Below are positions 48,950 through 59,050 of a DNA stretch of 64,000 bases, piece by piece. The position numbers and the translations under genes were made by a program. Position 1 is the first letter of the stretch. Each line of letters starts with the position of its first letter. Location: contig CBDCOH010000002.1 in assembly GCA_965219685.1 (NCBI GenBank), positions 2,016,001-2,080,000 of the forward strand. The letters are read 5' to 3'. Under the pieces are notes generated by a model that ran no database searches, was not told the DNA's origin, and saw only the letters and a list, made by a program, of their open reading frames with translations. This DNA is from Candidatus Spongiisociaceae bacterium (GTDB taxonomy: Bacteria; Actinomycetota; Acidimicrobiia; Spongiisociales; Spongiisociaceae).

Positions 48950-49882
48950 TCAAGCGGCCCGGTGACCCCGGCGGGCGCGATGCATCGAGCGGATGCGCTC
49001 CGCACTACGATGCACCAGGAGGGGCACAATACGGTTCGGGTACTCCACGTCCATGAACAGACTGTCTGCGGACAGAGTCTTGTGCTCCTGCCGAGGCTTG
49101 CGAGGCCCGCTTAGTCGCGGTTCTGACCTCTCCAAGACTTTCCAGATGTCGAAGTCCGGTCCGTACTCTGGGGTGAGGGCATCCCATATGTGGCTGAGTT
49201 GCCGGTCGAGGTCGTCGGTGGGCTCCGAGACGTGTTCGCGGAAGAATCTGGCGACTCTTCCCTTGTCCTGGTCCATCGAGATCGGCTCGAATGTGTCGGG
49301 ATGGACCATGTGGAGAAGCGCATTGCGCTTCATGCAGGCGGAATCCATAGGGACTCCCCACAGCATCTCCTTTGAATCTCCAGGGGTCACTGAGCAGGTT
49401 CTGGCGGTGCCCGTCGCTCTGCATCTTCCAACGTTGAGCGAAGCGGATGAGGAACCGGGTCGCCCGAAACTGCTGGCGAGTGGTGAGGTACCAGTCGAAG
49501 CCATCCAGCGCCGCCTCCAGTGTATGGGTAGGGTCACCGGTCGCGACGACCAGCTCAACACCTGCTCGAGTCGGCTTTCCTTGGTCGTGTTCCCCATTCC
49601 CCGCTTGCCGACTGCCAGGAAGTGGACGTACATTATCTCGGCCATCAGTTGGACCACGCCGTCGTCCGCACCGTCGAGTTGTCTCTCTAGCTTGATCTGG
49701 AAGGTATCGCTACCCTCATCTGCTCCCTCCACAAATCGCCGGCGGATCTCATCGATCCACCGTCGTGACCAGATCTGCTTCCCAGATGTGAGCAGCGAAT
49801 CGTCGCTCTCCAGAGCAGCTTCGACCCATGCTTGCGCCGCCGCATACAAAGGTTCGTACCGGCTACCTTGAAGTTTGGGCAT
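48950..49882 (-). pseudogene. Relic of an McrB-like restriction GTPase N-terminal region
   Basis: KLERQL...QLMAEIMYVHFL, LLSDPWRFK in another frame, LLHMVHPDTFEPI; ends before any Walker A motif. Confidence 0.55.
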
Positions 49883-49995
49883 CCCCTACCCCTCGGTCGA
49901 GTCTGTGGTCCGCCGTCGACGGGCCTATTGGAACACCGTCGGCATCAATTGTACGAAGCGCCTGTGACATGCCCCCCAGACGGAGCGACGGCTCC

Positions 49996-51279
49996 TCAGG
50001 CTCCCAGCATTGCCAGTGGAACAACCGCCACGCCGTCAGGACGCTCGTAGCAGTACCTTCCACCGGTGATCACCACCAACCGAGCGATGCCTGCAGCCCG
50101 TTGCTCGGCGACACGATCTCGAAGCTTGAGCAACGCCTGGGCTGCCGAATCGATGGCGGAGGCGGAACCCAACTTCACTTCTGCGGCGATCCATCGACCG
50201 TCAGCGGTTTCGACCACCGCGTCGGCTTCGAGACCGTAGGTGTCCCGGTAGTGGTATACGGAAGCGTCGGTCGCCTGGGCGTAGATGCGCAGATCGCGGA
50301 CCGCCATGGACTCGAACAGGAAGCCGAATGCGTTCAGGTCATCGAGATATCGCTGCGGGCCCGCACCGGAAGCGGCGGCCGCCAGGGACGGATCCACGAG
50401 GTGGCGCTTGGGAGAGCGGATCAGGCCGGCCCGTGACCTGAGGTGCGTGTTCCAGGCGGGCAGATCCTCCACCACGAACAGACGAGTGAGCACGTCCAGG
50501 TACGTCTTCACCGTGGTGCGGTTCAAAGGGACTTCGCCTCCCGTCTCGGCTGCGAGCTTCCGGAGACCGGCGGTAGTGGAGACGTTACGGGCCAGCGACC
50601 GTATCAGGCGCATCACTCCTGTGGGGCTGCGGCGGATGCCGTCCACCGCCGAGACGTCCACCCGGCAGATGTCGTCCAGGTAGTCGCGGGTGAAGCGCCG
50701 AGCCTCCGCCATCGGTGTGTCGACGAGTTGGGGCCACCCACCGCGGCAGGCCGCCTCGACAAGCTCCGGAACCTCCACTCCCGACTCGCCGGGAGAGATC
50801 GCCCGGCCGTCCAGCATCTCCCGGAGTGAGACCTCGCCTGTGGACAGTCCCGTTTCCCGGAGCGACATGGGACGCATGCGCACCCGGCTGATACGGCCGG
50901 CGCCCGAATGGCGGGTCAACTCGTCTGCGGGAACGGCGGAACCCGTGAGTATGAACTGACCTGGGCGACCGCGACGGTCGCAGACAGCCCTCACCAGGTG
51001 CCAGAGTTCGGGGACCCGCTGCCATTCGTCCAGCAGGCGGGGGGTGGCACCGTCCAGCAGGAGTCCCGGAAGATGGGGAGCGATCTCCCAGAGGTCAGGG
51101 CGCTCCTCCAGGAATATCTCGCTCCGGGCGAAGTGTTGTCCCGTCCACGTCTTGCCACAGGCCTTAGGACCTTCTACCAGTACGGCTCGCGCCGAACGCA
51201 GAGCGATCGGTACTTCCGCATCCACGACCCGATCGAGGTAGATGCGCTCAGGAGTTGTGGGGCTTGGAGTTGAGAGCAA
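49996..51279 (-). CDS. AAA_14 ATPase with DUF4143 C terminus
   Basis: GPKACGKT, LDEWQ, LTGS, GGWP, HYRD...EADAV...EVK. Confidence 0.9.
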   Translation of the reverse strand: MLSTPSPTTPERIYLDRVVDAEVPIALRSARAVLVEGPKACGKTWTGQHFARSEIFLEERPDLWEIAPHLPGLLLDGATPRLLDEWQRVPELWHLVRAVCDRRGRPGQFILTGSAVPADELTRHSGAGRISRVRMRPMSLRETGLSTGEVSLREMLDGRAISPGESGVEVPELVEAACRGGWPQLVDTPMAEARRFTRDYLDDICRVDVSAVDGIRRSPTGVMRLIRSLARNVSTTAGLRKLAAETGGEVPLNRTTVKTYLDVLTRLFVVEDLPAWNTHLRSRAGLIRSPKRHLVDPSLAAAASGAGPQRYLDDLNAFGFLFESMAVRDLRIYAQATDASVYHYRDTYGLEADAVVETADGRWIAAEVKLGSASAIDSAAQALLKLRDRVAEQRAAGIARLVVITGGRYCYERPDGVAVVPLAMLGA

Positions 51280-51311
51280 CGGCTGCCTCGTATTGCCGGG
51301 GGATCTGAGCC

Positions 51312-51409
51312 ATCCTACAGTTTTCCGGCCTTTATCCTACAGTTTTCCGGTGCTCCATCCTACACTTTTCAGGTATCTCATCCTACGATAATCAGGCATC
51401 TCAGCCTAC
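51312..51409. repeat. Tandem array of five 22-23 bp units upstream of the ATPase
   Basis: ATCCTAC cores at 51312, 51334, 51357, 51380 and AGCCTAC at 51403. Confidence 0.85.
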
Positions 51410-51521
51410 CGATCTTATAGGCAGCAAGTTCCCGGGACCCGGACCACTCCTTGGCCGTGGTCTCTACAACGGAAGGATGGGCTCGCACCGGACCATCGGG
51501 TCTCGGCGCGAACGCCGGGAT

Positions 51522-51899
51522 TCAGGAAGGGACTACCGCCACCAAGTCTATCTCGACCATGATGCCGAGCAGGTTGCTGCCGACCGTGGTACGGACGGGC
51601 TTGGGATCTCCGAACCGTCGCTCGTAGACGCTGTTGAAGGCCGCGAAGTCGCCCAGGTCCTGGAGGTGGACCGTTGCCTTGACCGCGTGGTCGAGGCTGG
51701 TACCGGCCGCCTCCAGAACGGCACTGAGATTGTTGATGGTCAGTTCCGTCTGCTCTTCGATGGTGTCGCCGACGATCTGCCCTGTGTCCGGATCAAGCGG
51801 ACCCATTCCAGCTGTGAACACGAGGTTGCCGACCCGAATACCTTGCGAATAGGGCCCCATCGGCGGGGCCGACGAGTCACTGCGGATTTCTTCTTTCAT
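51522..51899 (-). CDS. RidA/YjgF family imine deaminase
   Basis: GPYSQG, FAAFNSVY, PVRTTV, VEID. Confidence 0.92.
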   Translation of the reverse strand: MKEEIRSDSSAPPMGPYSQGIRVGNLVFTAGMGPLDPDTGQIVGDTIEEQTELTINNLSAVLEAAGTSLDHAVKATVHLQDLGDFAAFNSVYERRFGDPKPVRTTVGSNLLGIMVEIDLVAVVPS

Positions 51900-51999
51900 A
51901 TCGCTTCCATCACTCCCGGATGCTAGCTATCTGCGATCTGCTTCGGCTCGCCCGGCACGCGCGCCCCGGCGCCTCTGCACCGAGCGAGCTTTCGCGACA

Positions 52000-52392
52000 C
52001 TAGTCCCGAGGACCGACAGATCGGATACCGAGCGCTCGGGAAGCCTCCGCCAGACGCTGGTCATAGGTGACGACCGCTTCGAGTTCATCGCCCAACTCCA
52101 GGGCCGCGGCCAGGTGCAGGGCGTCGAGGCTGCGGAGTGTCACGGGCTCGAGCATGGCAGCCCGCTCGCACAGCGCGGTTGACAGTCTCAGCAATGTCAG
52201 GGAGTCGAGCAGTGCTCTCGCCTGGGGCATCTGCTTCGGATCGACCCGTCGGGTTACCCGCAGTAATTCGGTCCTCAGGAGGTCACTGGACACCACCTGG
52301 GCAGCGGTTGCAGCCCACCACGTGCCCATCGCGGTCGACTGCCGCTCGGCAAAGAGGAGCTTCACCGCTGCGGAAGTGTCGAGGTAGAACAC
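52000..52392 (-). CDS. vapC: VapC PIN-domain toxin
   Basis: YLDTSA, RTEL, LRSLDALHLA, TYD. Confidence 0.92.
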   Translation of the reverse strand: MFYLDTSAAVKLLFAERQSTAMGTWWAATAAQVVSSDLLRTELLRVTRRVDPKQMPQARALLDSLTLLRLSTALCERAAMLEPVTLRSLDALHLAAALELGDELEAVVTYDQRLAEASRALGIRSVGPRD

Positions 52393-52394
52393 GG

Positions 52395-52670
52395 TCAGTA
52401 CCGCTCGGCCTCCCGCATGTCCCCCAATACCTCCGACGCCCCCGGCCGGTCCGGTTGAACCCGAACCGGGCTTGGTAGGTCGCCAGGAGTACGAAGCGGC
52501 GGCCTTGCCAATCCCGAGGCGATCAGAGCCTCGATCCGGCTCGTCTCAAGTGGCACCATGCGGGCAACCGGCCGGCCACGATCCGTAATCGTTACTGGCT
52601 CGCCAGCCGCCACCCTCCTGACCACGGCCGATGCGTTCTGTTTCAGCGCACGTATCCCTAGCTCCACCAT
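52395..52670 (-). CDS. vapB: Phd/YefM-type antitoxin
   Basis: GIRALKQNASAVVRRVAAGEPVTITDRGRPVARMVP. Confidence 0.9.
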   Translation of the reverse strand: MVELGIRALKQNASAVVRRVAAGEPVTITDRGRPVARMVPLETSRIEALIASGLARPPLRTPGDLPSPVRVQPDRPGASEVLGDMREAERY

Positions 52671-52689
52671 GTTCTACAATGTAGCACAT
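52669..52689. promoter_or_regulatory. Palindromic vapBC operator overlapping the -10 box and start codon
   Basis: ATGTTCTACA-A-TGTAGCACAT, one mismatch; TACATT on the minus strand just before ATG. Confidence 0.7.
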
Positions 52690-52745
52690 CACGGGCGTCT
52701 GTACGCAGGGCCACGAAGCGATGCGTACGCTCGGACATCGTCCGG

Positions 52746-54272
52746 TCAGTGGAGAGGGCCCGTTACGGCCCCGACCGCCTCTACCAGAGCTTCCTCCTTG
52801 AGGAGTTCCTCGGCTGCCCCGAGCTCCGGTGACAGGATACGATCGGGACCTGGTCCCGGCACGCGGCTTCGCAACAGCTCCACAGCCGCCGCGGTGCCGG
52901 CCGCCGGATCCAGGGGTGCGCGGAGTTCCACGGCCCTTGCGGCGGTGACCCACTCGATTGCCAGGATCCGGCGTAGGTTGTCGATCACCAGGCGGAGTTT
53001 GCGGGCCGCGGACCAGCCCATCGAGACGTGATCCTCCTGCATGGCGGAGGTCGGGTAGGAGTCGACCGAGGCGGGGACGGCCAGTCGACGGTTCTCGGCG
53101 CACATGGCGGCCGCGGTGTACTGGCCGATCATGAGACCGCTGTCGACCCCCGGATCGCCCGCGAGGAAGGGCGGCAGACCGTGCGAGCGGTTGTGATCGA
53201 GGAGGCGGTCGAGGCGTCGCTCGGCGATGGCCCCGACCTCGGCCAGTGCGATCGCCAGGTAGTCGGCCGCCAAGGCGACGGGCGCACCGTGGAAGTTGCC
53301 GCACGATTCGACCCTTCCGTCGGGCAGGACCATCGGGTTGTCGATCGCCGATGCCAGTTCCCGGTCGGCCACGCCCGCCACGAACTCGAGGGTGTCCCGG
53401 GCCGCCCCGTGGACCTGGGGTGTGCACCGGATCGAGTACGCGTCCTGAACCCGCAGGTCGCCTTGGCGGTGGCTGGCGACGATCGGAGAGCCCGCGAGCA
53501 TGGCCCGGAGATTGGAGGCGCTGCGCGCCTGGCCCGGATGGGGCCTCAAAGCCTGAAGGTCGGCCGCGTAGGCCCGGTCGGTGGCGAGGAGCCCCTCGAC
53601 GCTGATGGCCGCCACGATGTCGGCGACTTTGAGCAGGTAGGAGGCGTCATGAACCGCCAGGCACAGCATGCCCAGTATCCCGTCCGTACCGTTGGTCAGG
53701 GCCAGGCCCTCCTTCTCGGCCAGCACCACCGGCTCGATTCCCCTCCTCGCCAGGACCCCGGCAGCCTGCTCCGGGCCTTCGTCGGTGACCACCTCGCCCT
53801 CACCGATGAGGGCCAGGCCTACATGTGCCAGCGGGGCAAGATCGCCGCTGGCGCCCAGCGAGCCATGCTCCGGGACCCGGGGCACGATCCCGGCGTTCAG
53901 GAGACGGATGAGTCCCTCGGCTACCAGCGGCCGGGCTCCGGAGAAGCCGAGCGCCAGGGTACGCGCCCGGAGGAACATCATCGCCCGTACTACTTCGGGC
54001 GCCACGTCCGGACCCATCCCGGCGGCGTGGGAGCGGATCATCGAGCGCTGCAGGTCGGCCCTCCGGTCGGTCGGGATCGTGGTCGTCGCCAGAGCGCCGA
54101 AACCGGTCGTTATCCCGTATGCCGGTGCACCCTCGGAGAGTTGCTCGACGATGGAGCGGGCAGCCCTCATGCGCTCCGTTGCCGCATCGGCGAGCAGCAC
54201 CGTCTCACCGTGGCGGGCAACGCCGACCACATCCGGGATCGTCACTCCCGGACCCTCGAGCAACACGCTCAT
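52746..54272 (-). CDS. hutH: Histidine ammonia-lyase
   Basis: YGITTGFG, RSHAAG, ASG (MIO) in GASGDLAPL, QDAYSIRC, GNFHG, QEDHVSMG. Confidence 0.96.
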   Translation of the reverse strand: MSVLLEGPGVTIPDVVGVARHGETVLLADAATERMRAARSIVEQLSEGAPAYGITTGFGALATTTIPTDRRADLQRSMIRSHAAGMGPDVAPEVVRAMMFLRARTLALGFSGARPLVAEGLIRLLNAGIVPRVPEHGSLGASGDLAPLAHVGLALIGEGEVVTDEGPEQAAGVLARRGIEPVVLAEKEGLALTNGTDGILGMLCLAVHDASYLLKVADIVAAISVEGLLATDRAYAADLQALRPHPGQARSASNLRAMLAGSPIVASHRQGDLRVQDAYSIRCTPQVHGAARDTLEFVAGVADRELASAIDNPMVLPDGRVESCGNFHGAPVALAADYLAIALAEVGAIAERRLDRLLDHNRSHGLPPFLAGDPGVDSGLMIGQYTAAAMCAENRRLAVPASVDSYPTSAMQEDHVSMGWSAARKLRLVIDNLRRILAIEWVTAARAVELRAPLDPAAGTAAAVELLRSRVPGPGPDRILSPELGAAEELLKEEALVEAVGAVTGPLH

Positions 54273-54982
54273 CCCATCCCCCTCCCGGGGGACAGCGCCT
54301 GGGAGGTCTTGACGGCCGCATCCACCACGGCCTCGGCGCTCACGCGCAGCCGCCTCCCCACCAACCGCTCGGCAGGTCCCAGGACCGAGAACGCCCCCAC
54401 GATTCCCGCCGTCCCGTAGACGGGTGCAACGACCGCGGTCACATCAGGTTCGATGGCCCCCGTGTTGAAGAACGGGCTGGGGGGAGAACCGGGGCTCCCC
54501 GATTCGCTCGTGAGGGCGTCGCCCACTGCGGTACCGGCGATCGGCACCGACCTGCCGACCCATCCGACATGGCGGATGGCGCGGCTGCTCTCCACGGTCG
54601 CGATATAGACCGCCTCGCTCCCGTCCCTGACCGCCAGATAGGCGGACTCTTCGGTCACATCGGCCAGCCACTGGAGAGCCGGTTGGGCCGCCGCGGTGAG
54701 CCGGGCGTACGGGCCTGTATGGAAAGCGGCCAGGGCGAGCCGCACGAAGCTCGGTCCCACCGAGTACCTGCCGAAATCGTCCCGGACCAGGTAACCGCGG
54801 CCGGTCAGGACCCGTAGGTGGCGTAGCGCCGTGCTGACCGGTATCCCCGTGGCGGCAGCCGCGTCGGACAGGCCGATCCCACCCTCGGTCACCACCGTAT
54901 CGAGAAGGCTCAGGACCCTCCCCGCCGAGCGCGAAGCATGAAGCGGCGACCCGGACCCGCCTGCGGATCGAGTACTGCTCAC
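54269..54982 (-). CDS. IclR family regulator of the hut locus
   Basis: N-terminal HTH, TEESAYLAV, TAVG, VVAPV...FSVLGP. Confidence 0.88.
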   Translation of the reverse strand: MSSTRSAGGSGSPLHASRSAGRVLSLLDTVVTEGGIGLSDAAAATGIPVSTALRHLRVLTGRGYLVRDDFGRYSVGPSFVRLALAAFHTGPYARLTAAAQPALQWLADVTEESAYLAVRDGSEAVYIATVESSRAIRHVGWVGRSVPIAGTAVGDALTSESGSPGSPPSPFFNTGAIEPDVTAVVAPVYGTAGIVGAFSVLGPAERLVGRRLRVSAEAVVDAAVKTSQALSPGRGMG

Positions 54983-55014
54983 AGTGCGTCGATCAGATGT
55001 CTGGTTCGTCTGCG

Positions 55015-55029
55015 TTTCATATTCTGAAA
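55015..55029. promoter_or_regulatory. IclR-type palindromic operator
   Basis: TTTCA-TATTC-TGAAA in the divergent iclR/hutU interval. Confidence 0.65.
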
Positions 55030-55043
55030 AGCCATTCTAGTTG

Positions 55044-55073
55044 TTGACAGACTAGAGCCTACTCCACTAATCT
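55044..55073 (+). promoter_or_regulatory. Sigma70-type promoter for the hutU operon
   Basis: TTGACA-18 bp-TAATCT. Confidence 0.6.
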
Positions 55074-55129
55074 TCAAGCAGTATTTCGCCCCTGCCTATT
55101 TCCATCCGCGTCGATCTGTGAGGTCTCCG

Positions 55130-56821
55130 ATGACCGCTAAGCGCCAAGAGAGTTCAGGTGCACCTCCGGGGGGCGTGCGCGCCCCGGTCGGCACCTCGTT
55201 GACCTGCCTCGGATGGCCACAGGAGGCGGCCTTCCGGATGTTGCAGAACAACCTCGATCGCGAGGTCGCCGAAAGGCCCGACGACCTGGTGGTGTACGGC
55301 GGCACCGGACGGGCCGCCCGGTCGTGGGACGCATACCACGCGATGATCCGGACGCTCACGACACTCGCCCGCGACGAGACGATGCTCGTCCAGTCGGGCA
55401 AACCCGTCGGCGTCCTCCGCACCCATGAGTGGGCGCCGCGGGTGCTGCTCGCCAACTCCAACCTGGTGCCGGACTGGGCCGACTGGGACGAGTTCAGGCG
55501 CCTCGAACACCTCGGCTTGACGATGTACGGACAGATGACAGCCGGCTCATGGATCTACATCGGGACCCAGGGCATCCTGCAGGGCACCTACGAGTGCTTC
55601 GCCGCCATCGCTCGCAAGCGGTTCGGCGGGTCCCTGGCCGGAACCCTCACCGTAACGTCGGGGCTGGGAGGCATGGGCGGCGCCCAGCCCCTGGCGATAA
55701 CCATGAACGACGGGGTCGCCCTGTGCATCGAGGTGGATCCCGACCGGGTTGACCGCCGTCTCGCGACCCGCTACCTCGACGTGGTCGCCGACGACTACGC
55801 GGACGCTATCCGGCGTTGCTCCGAGGCGGTGGCCGCCCGACGGCCCCTGTCGGTGGGTCTGGTCGGCAACGCGGCCGACCTGGTGCCGCGTCTCCTGGAC
55901 GACGGGGTACCCGCCGACATAGTGACCGACCAGACCCCCGCTCACGATCCGCTGAGCTATGTCCCGGACGGCCTGTCCACGGACGAGGCCGACGAGTTGC
56001 GCACCAAGAAGCCCGACGAGTACATCGTCCGCTCCCGAGCCGCCATGGTCGCCCACGTGGAGGCCATGGTCGGGTTCCTGGACGCCGGAGCAGAGGTGTT
56101 CGACTACGGGAACAGCTTGCGGGCCGAAGCCGAACTCGGCGGGTATGACCGGGCCTTCGCCTATCCCGGATTCCTGCCCGCATATATCCGTCCGTTGTTC
56201 TGCGAGGGCAAGGGACCGTTCCGCTGGGTGGCGCTGTCCGGAGATCCCGCCGACATAGCGGCGACCGACCGGGCGGTCCTCGATGAGTTCCCCGACGACG
56301 AAGGGCTCCGGCGTTGGATCACCCTGGCCGGGGAACGGGTCGCCTTCCAGGGTCTTCCCGCCCGGATCTGCTGGCTGGGCTACGGCGAGCGTCACCGGCT
56401 GGGGCTGCGGTTCAACGACATGGTCCGCACCGGGGAACTGAAGGCACCGATCGTGATCGGGCGCGACCATCTCGACTCCGGGTCCGTGGCCTCACCGTAC
56501 CGGGAGACCGAGGACATGGCGGACGGCAGCGACGCCATCGCCGACTGGCCCCTTCTCAACGCAATGGTCAACACCTCCTCCGGGGCATCTTGGGTCAGCA
56601 TCCACCACGGAGGCGGGGTCGGCATCGGCCGGTCCATCCATGCCGGGCAGGTGTGCCTGGCCGACGGAACCGACCTCGGTGCCCAGAAGCTGGAACGCGT
56701 CCTGCTCAACGATCCGGCCACCGGCGTCATCAGGCATGTCGACGCCGGTTACGAACTCGCCGGTCGGGTTGCCGCCGACCGGGGGGTGCGCGTTCCGATG
56801 GCAGAAGTGGACCCCCGTTAG
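55130..56821 (+). CDS. hutU: Urocanate hydratase
   Basis: [45 protein letters not shown]. Confidence 0.97.
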   Translation: MTAKRQESSGAPPGGVRAPVGTSLTCLGWPQEAAFRMLQNNLDREVAERPDDLVVYGGTGRAARSWDAYHAMIRTLTTLARDETMLVQSGKPVGVLRTHEWAPRVLLANSNLVPDWADWDEFRRLEHLGLTMYGQMTAGSWIYIGTQGILQGTYECFAAIARKRFGGSLAGTLTVTSGLGGMGGAQPLAITMNDGVALCIEVDPDRVDRRLATRYLDVVADDYADAIRRCSEAVAARRPLSVGLVGNAADLVPRLLDDGVPADIVTDQTPAHDPLSYVPDGLSTDEADELRTKKPDEYIVRSRAAMVAHVEAMVGFLDAGAEVFDYGNSLRAEAELGGYDRAFAYPGFLPAYIRPLFCEGKGPFRWVALSGDPADIAATDRAVLDEFPDDEGLRRWITLAGERVAFQGLPARICWLGYGERHRLGLRFNDMVRTGELKAPIVIGRDHLDSGSVASPYRETEDMADGSDAIADWPLLNAMVNTSSGASWVSIHHGGGVGIGRSIHAGQVCLADGTDLGAQKLERVLLNDPATGVIRHVDAGYELAGRVAADRGVRVPMAEVDPR

Positions 56822-58362
56822 TGGCCGGGCGGCGCCGCCGGGGCGGGCGCCGCGCCCGCATCGCAGAGCGCGGCCCCTCAAACCCTCAGCGCCCCTTCCG
56901 CCAGCCCCGTCTCCCCTGGCACCCGGTGTCCGCCATCACCGACGACCGGCTCGAAGCCATCCATGAGGCGTCCCTGCGGGTCCTTCGCGACGTCGGCATG
57001 GATATGCTGCACCACGAGGCCAGGACGATCCTCCGCCGGGAAGGCGCAGATGTCGATCCCGACTCTGCCCGGGTGCGGTTCGACCCCGAGATGGTCACCG
57101 AACTCGTCGGCTGCGCGCCCGACGAGTTCACCCTGCATGCTCGCAATCCCTCGCATCACATCCACCTGGGCGGCCGCTCCGTTGCGTTTACGGCGGTGGC
57201 CAGTCCTCCCAACGTCTCCGGCCTGGGCCGAGGCCGGCGCAGCGGTAACCGGGAAGACTTCCGACAACTCGTTCGCCTGAGCCAGCACCTGAACGTCGTC
57301 CACCTGCACGGTGGGTACCCGGTGGAACCCACCGACATCCATCCATCCGTCCGTCACCTCCACGCCACCCTCGACCTACTCACCCTCAGCGACAAGGCCA
57401 TCCATACCTACAGCCTCGGACGGCAGCGGACTCTGGACACCATCGAGATGGCCCGAATAGCCCGCGGGATAAGCCACGAAGACCTGGACACCCAGCCTTC
57501 GATCTACACGATCGTCAACACGTCGTCGCCGCTGCGCCTCGACACCCCCATGATCGAGGGGATCCTCGAACTGTCGGCCCGCAACCAGCCGGTTGTGATA
57601 ACCCCGTTCACGTTGGCGGGTGCGATGGCTCCGGTGACGATCGCCGGGGCCCTCGTACAGCAGAACGCCGAGGCCCTGGCCGGGATCGCGCTAACCCAAG
57701 CCGTGCGCCGCGGGGCACCCGTGGGCTACGGCGGGTTCACCTCCAACGTCGACATGCAGTCCGGCGCGCCCGCCTTCGGCACCCCCGAGTACCTGCAGGC
57801 TGCGCTCATCGGCGGCCAACTGGCACGGCGCTACCGCCTTCCTTACCGGTCGTCGAATGCCAACGCTTCCAACGCCGTGGACCTCCAGGCCACCTACGAG
57901 AGCATGTTCTCGCTCTGGGGCGCGGTGATGGGCGGCGCCAACCTGGTGCTTCATGCGGCGGGATGGCTCGAAGGGGGGCTGCGCGCCTCCTTCGAGAAGA
58001 TGGTTCTCGACGCCGAGATGCTGCAGATGATCTGTGCTGCGCTCGAGCCGCCGGTGGTCGACGAGGGCTCCCTGGCGGTCGACGCGATCGCGGACGTGGG
58101 TCCGGGCGGCCACTTCTTCGGTACCGCCCATACGCAGGCCCGCTACCGGGAAGCCTTCCACACGCCGCTCCTGTCCGACTGGAGCAACTTCGAGACATGG
58201 GCCGAGGCAGGACGGCCCGACCCGGGCCAGCGAACCGTGTCCCTCGCCAGGGAGTTCCTGGACTCCTACCGGCCGCCTCCCATGGACCCCGCCATCCGCG
58301 AGGAACTCGAGGAGTTCGTCGCCCGCCGGGTCGGCGAGGGCGGCATAGCCACCGACTACTGA
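56821..58362 (+). CDS. MttB superfamily (non-pyrrolysine) methyltransferase
   Basis: IHEASLRVL, NTSSPLRLD, GAMAPVTIAG, GAPAFGTPE, HAAGWLEGG, GPGGHFFG; GTG start shares a base with the hutU stop. Confidence 0.92.
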   Translation: MAGRRRRGGRRARIAERGPSNPQRPFRQPRLPWHPVSAITDDRLEAIHEASLRVLRDVGMDMLHHEARTILRREGADVDPDSARVRFDPEMVTELVGCAPDEFTLHARNPSHHIHLGGRSVAFTAVASPPNVSGLGRGRRSGNREDFRQLVRLSQHLNVVHLHGGYPVEPTDIHPSVRHLHATLDLLTLSDKAIHTYSLGRQRTLDTIEMARIARGISHEDLDTQPSIYTIVNTSSPLRLDTPMIEGILELSARNQPVVITPFTLAGAMAPVTIAGALVQQNAEALAGIALTQAVRRGAPVGYGGFTSNVDMQSGAPAFGTPEYLQAALIGGQLARRYRLPYRSSNANASNAVDLQATYESMFSLWGAVMGGANLVLHAAGWLEGGLRASFEKMVLDAEMLQMICAALEPPVVDEGSLAVDAIADVGPGGHFFGTAHTQARYREAFHTPLLSDWSNFETWAEAGRPDPGQRTVSLAREFLDSYRPPPMDPAIREELEEFVARRVGEGGIATDY

Positions 58363-58372
58363 GAGGAGTGGA

Positions 58373-59050
58373 GTGAAACCCGTTCGCTACCGTCCCGTCC
58401 GGCTTCGCGTCGACGAGGATCCCGCCGGCCATCCGTGCGCCGATCTCCGCCACTACGAAGCCGATCTAACCGTGCTCAACAACGTGCTCCGGGATCTGCG
58501 AGCACTCCTCCGCCAAGCCGTGACGGCCAGGACGGTTCTCCATCCCTACCAGATGGTGTCCTGGCAGGAGGATGGACTGCAGCGCAGGATCGTCATATGC
58601 GATCCGGCGGCCCTGCTGAAGGACGCGGACGTGTTGATCGTCGGATTCCTCGGGAACAGGCGGTCGACCGAGGAGGCCAAACTGGTTGACGAGTTCGACT
58701 TCGACGTGATCTCCGAGTTCCGGCAGTACCCGGGAATACTCAGCTACAGCTCCACGGAACTGATCCCCAACCAGTGGGCGAACCTGGTGGTCCACCAGGA
58801 GGTATCGGACCGGGAAGCCTGGCGCCACAGTGCGGTCCACATAGAAGCGGCTGAGGAACTGTCCCCCAGGGTCTTCCACAGCGTCCGCATCCACAACGGA
58901 CGGCTGCTCGGAGGTCCGATCAGTGACGCCAGAGTGACAGTCGAGGTCACCAAGTACTGGGATTACGACGCGGATCCGATGTGGCACGCCATCCGGACCC
59001 TCCCGGGAGGCATCACGACCGCCGCGCACCCCCGGTGGGGTCCCCGATGA
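58373..59050 (+). CDS. Hypothetical protein, possible dimeric alpha+beta barrel domain
   Basis: GAGGAG RBS, coupled to def; PGILSYSS...WANLVV...AWRHSAVH pattern. Confidence 0.6.
   Translation: MKPVRYRPVRLRVDEDPAGHPCADLRHYEADLTVLNNVLRDLRALLRQAVTARTVLHPYQMVSWQEDGLQRRIVICDPAALLKDADVLIVGFLGNRRSTEEAKLVDEFDFDVISEFRQYPGILSYSSTELIPNQWANLVVHQEVSDREAWRHSAVHIEAAEELSPRVFHSVRIHNGRLLGGPISDARVTVEVTKYWDYDADPMWHAIRTLPGGITTAAHPRWGPR

Noticed and set aside
48926-49000. SAH or SAM riboswitch upstream of ahcY
   Set aside because: Only a short GC-rich gap abutting the McrB-like relic; no recognisable aptamer motifs
51312-51409. Possible mini CRISPR array
   Set aside because: Units are contiguous 22-23 bp repeats with no unique spacers and no cas genes nearby
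52746-54272. Ergothionase or PAL/TAL instead of HutH
   Set aside because: Has the ASG MIO triad and the SH specificity pair of histidine ammonia-lyases
56821-58362. Pyrrolysine-containing trimethylamine methyltransferase
   Set aside because: No in-frame TAG; the reading frame is continuous through HAAGWLEGG
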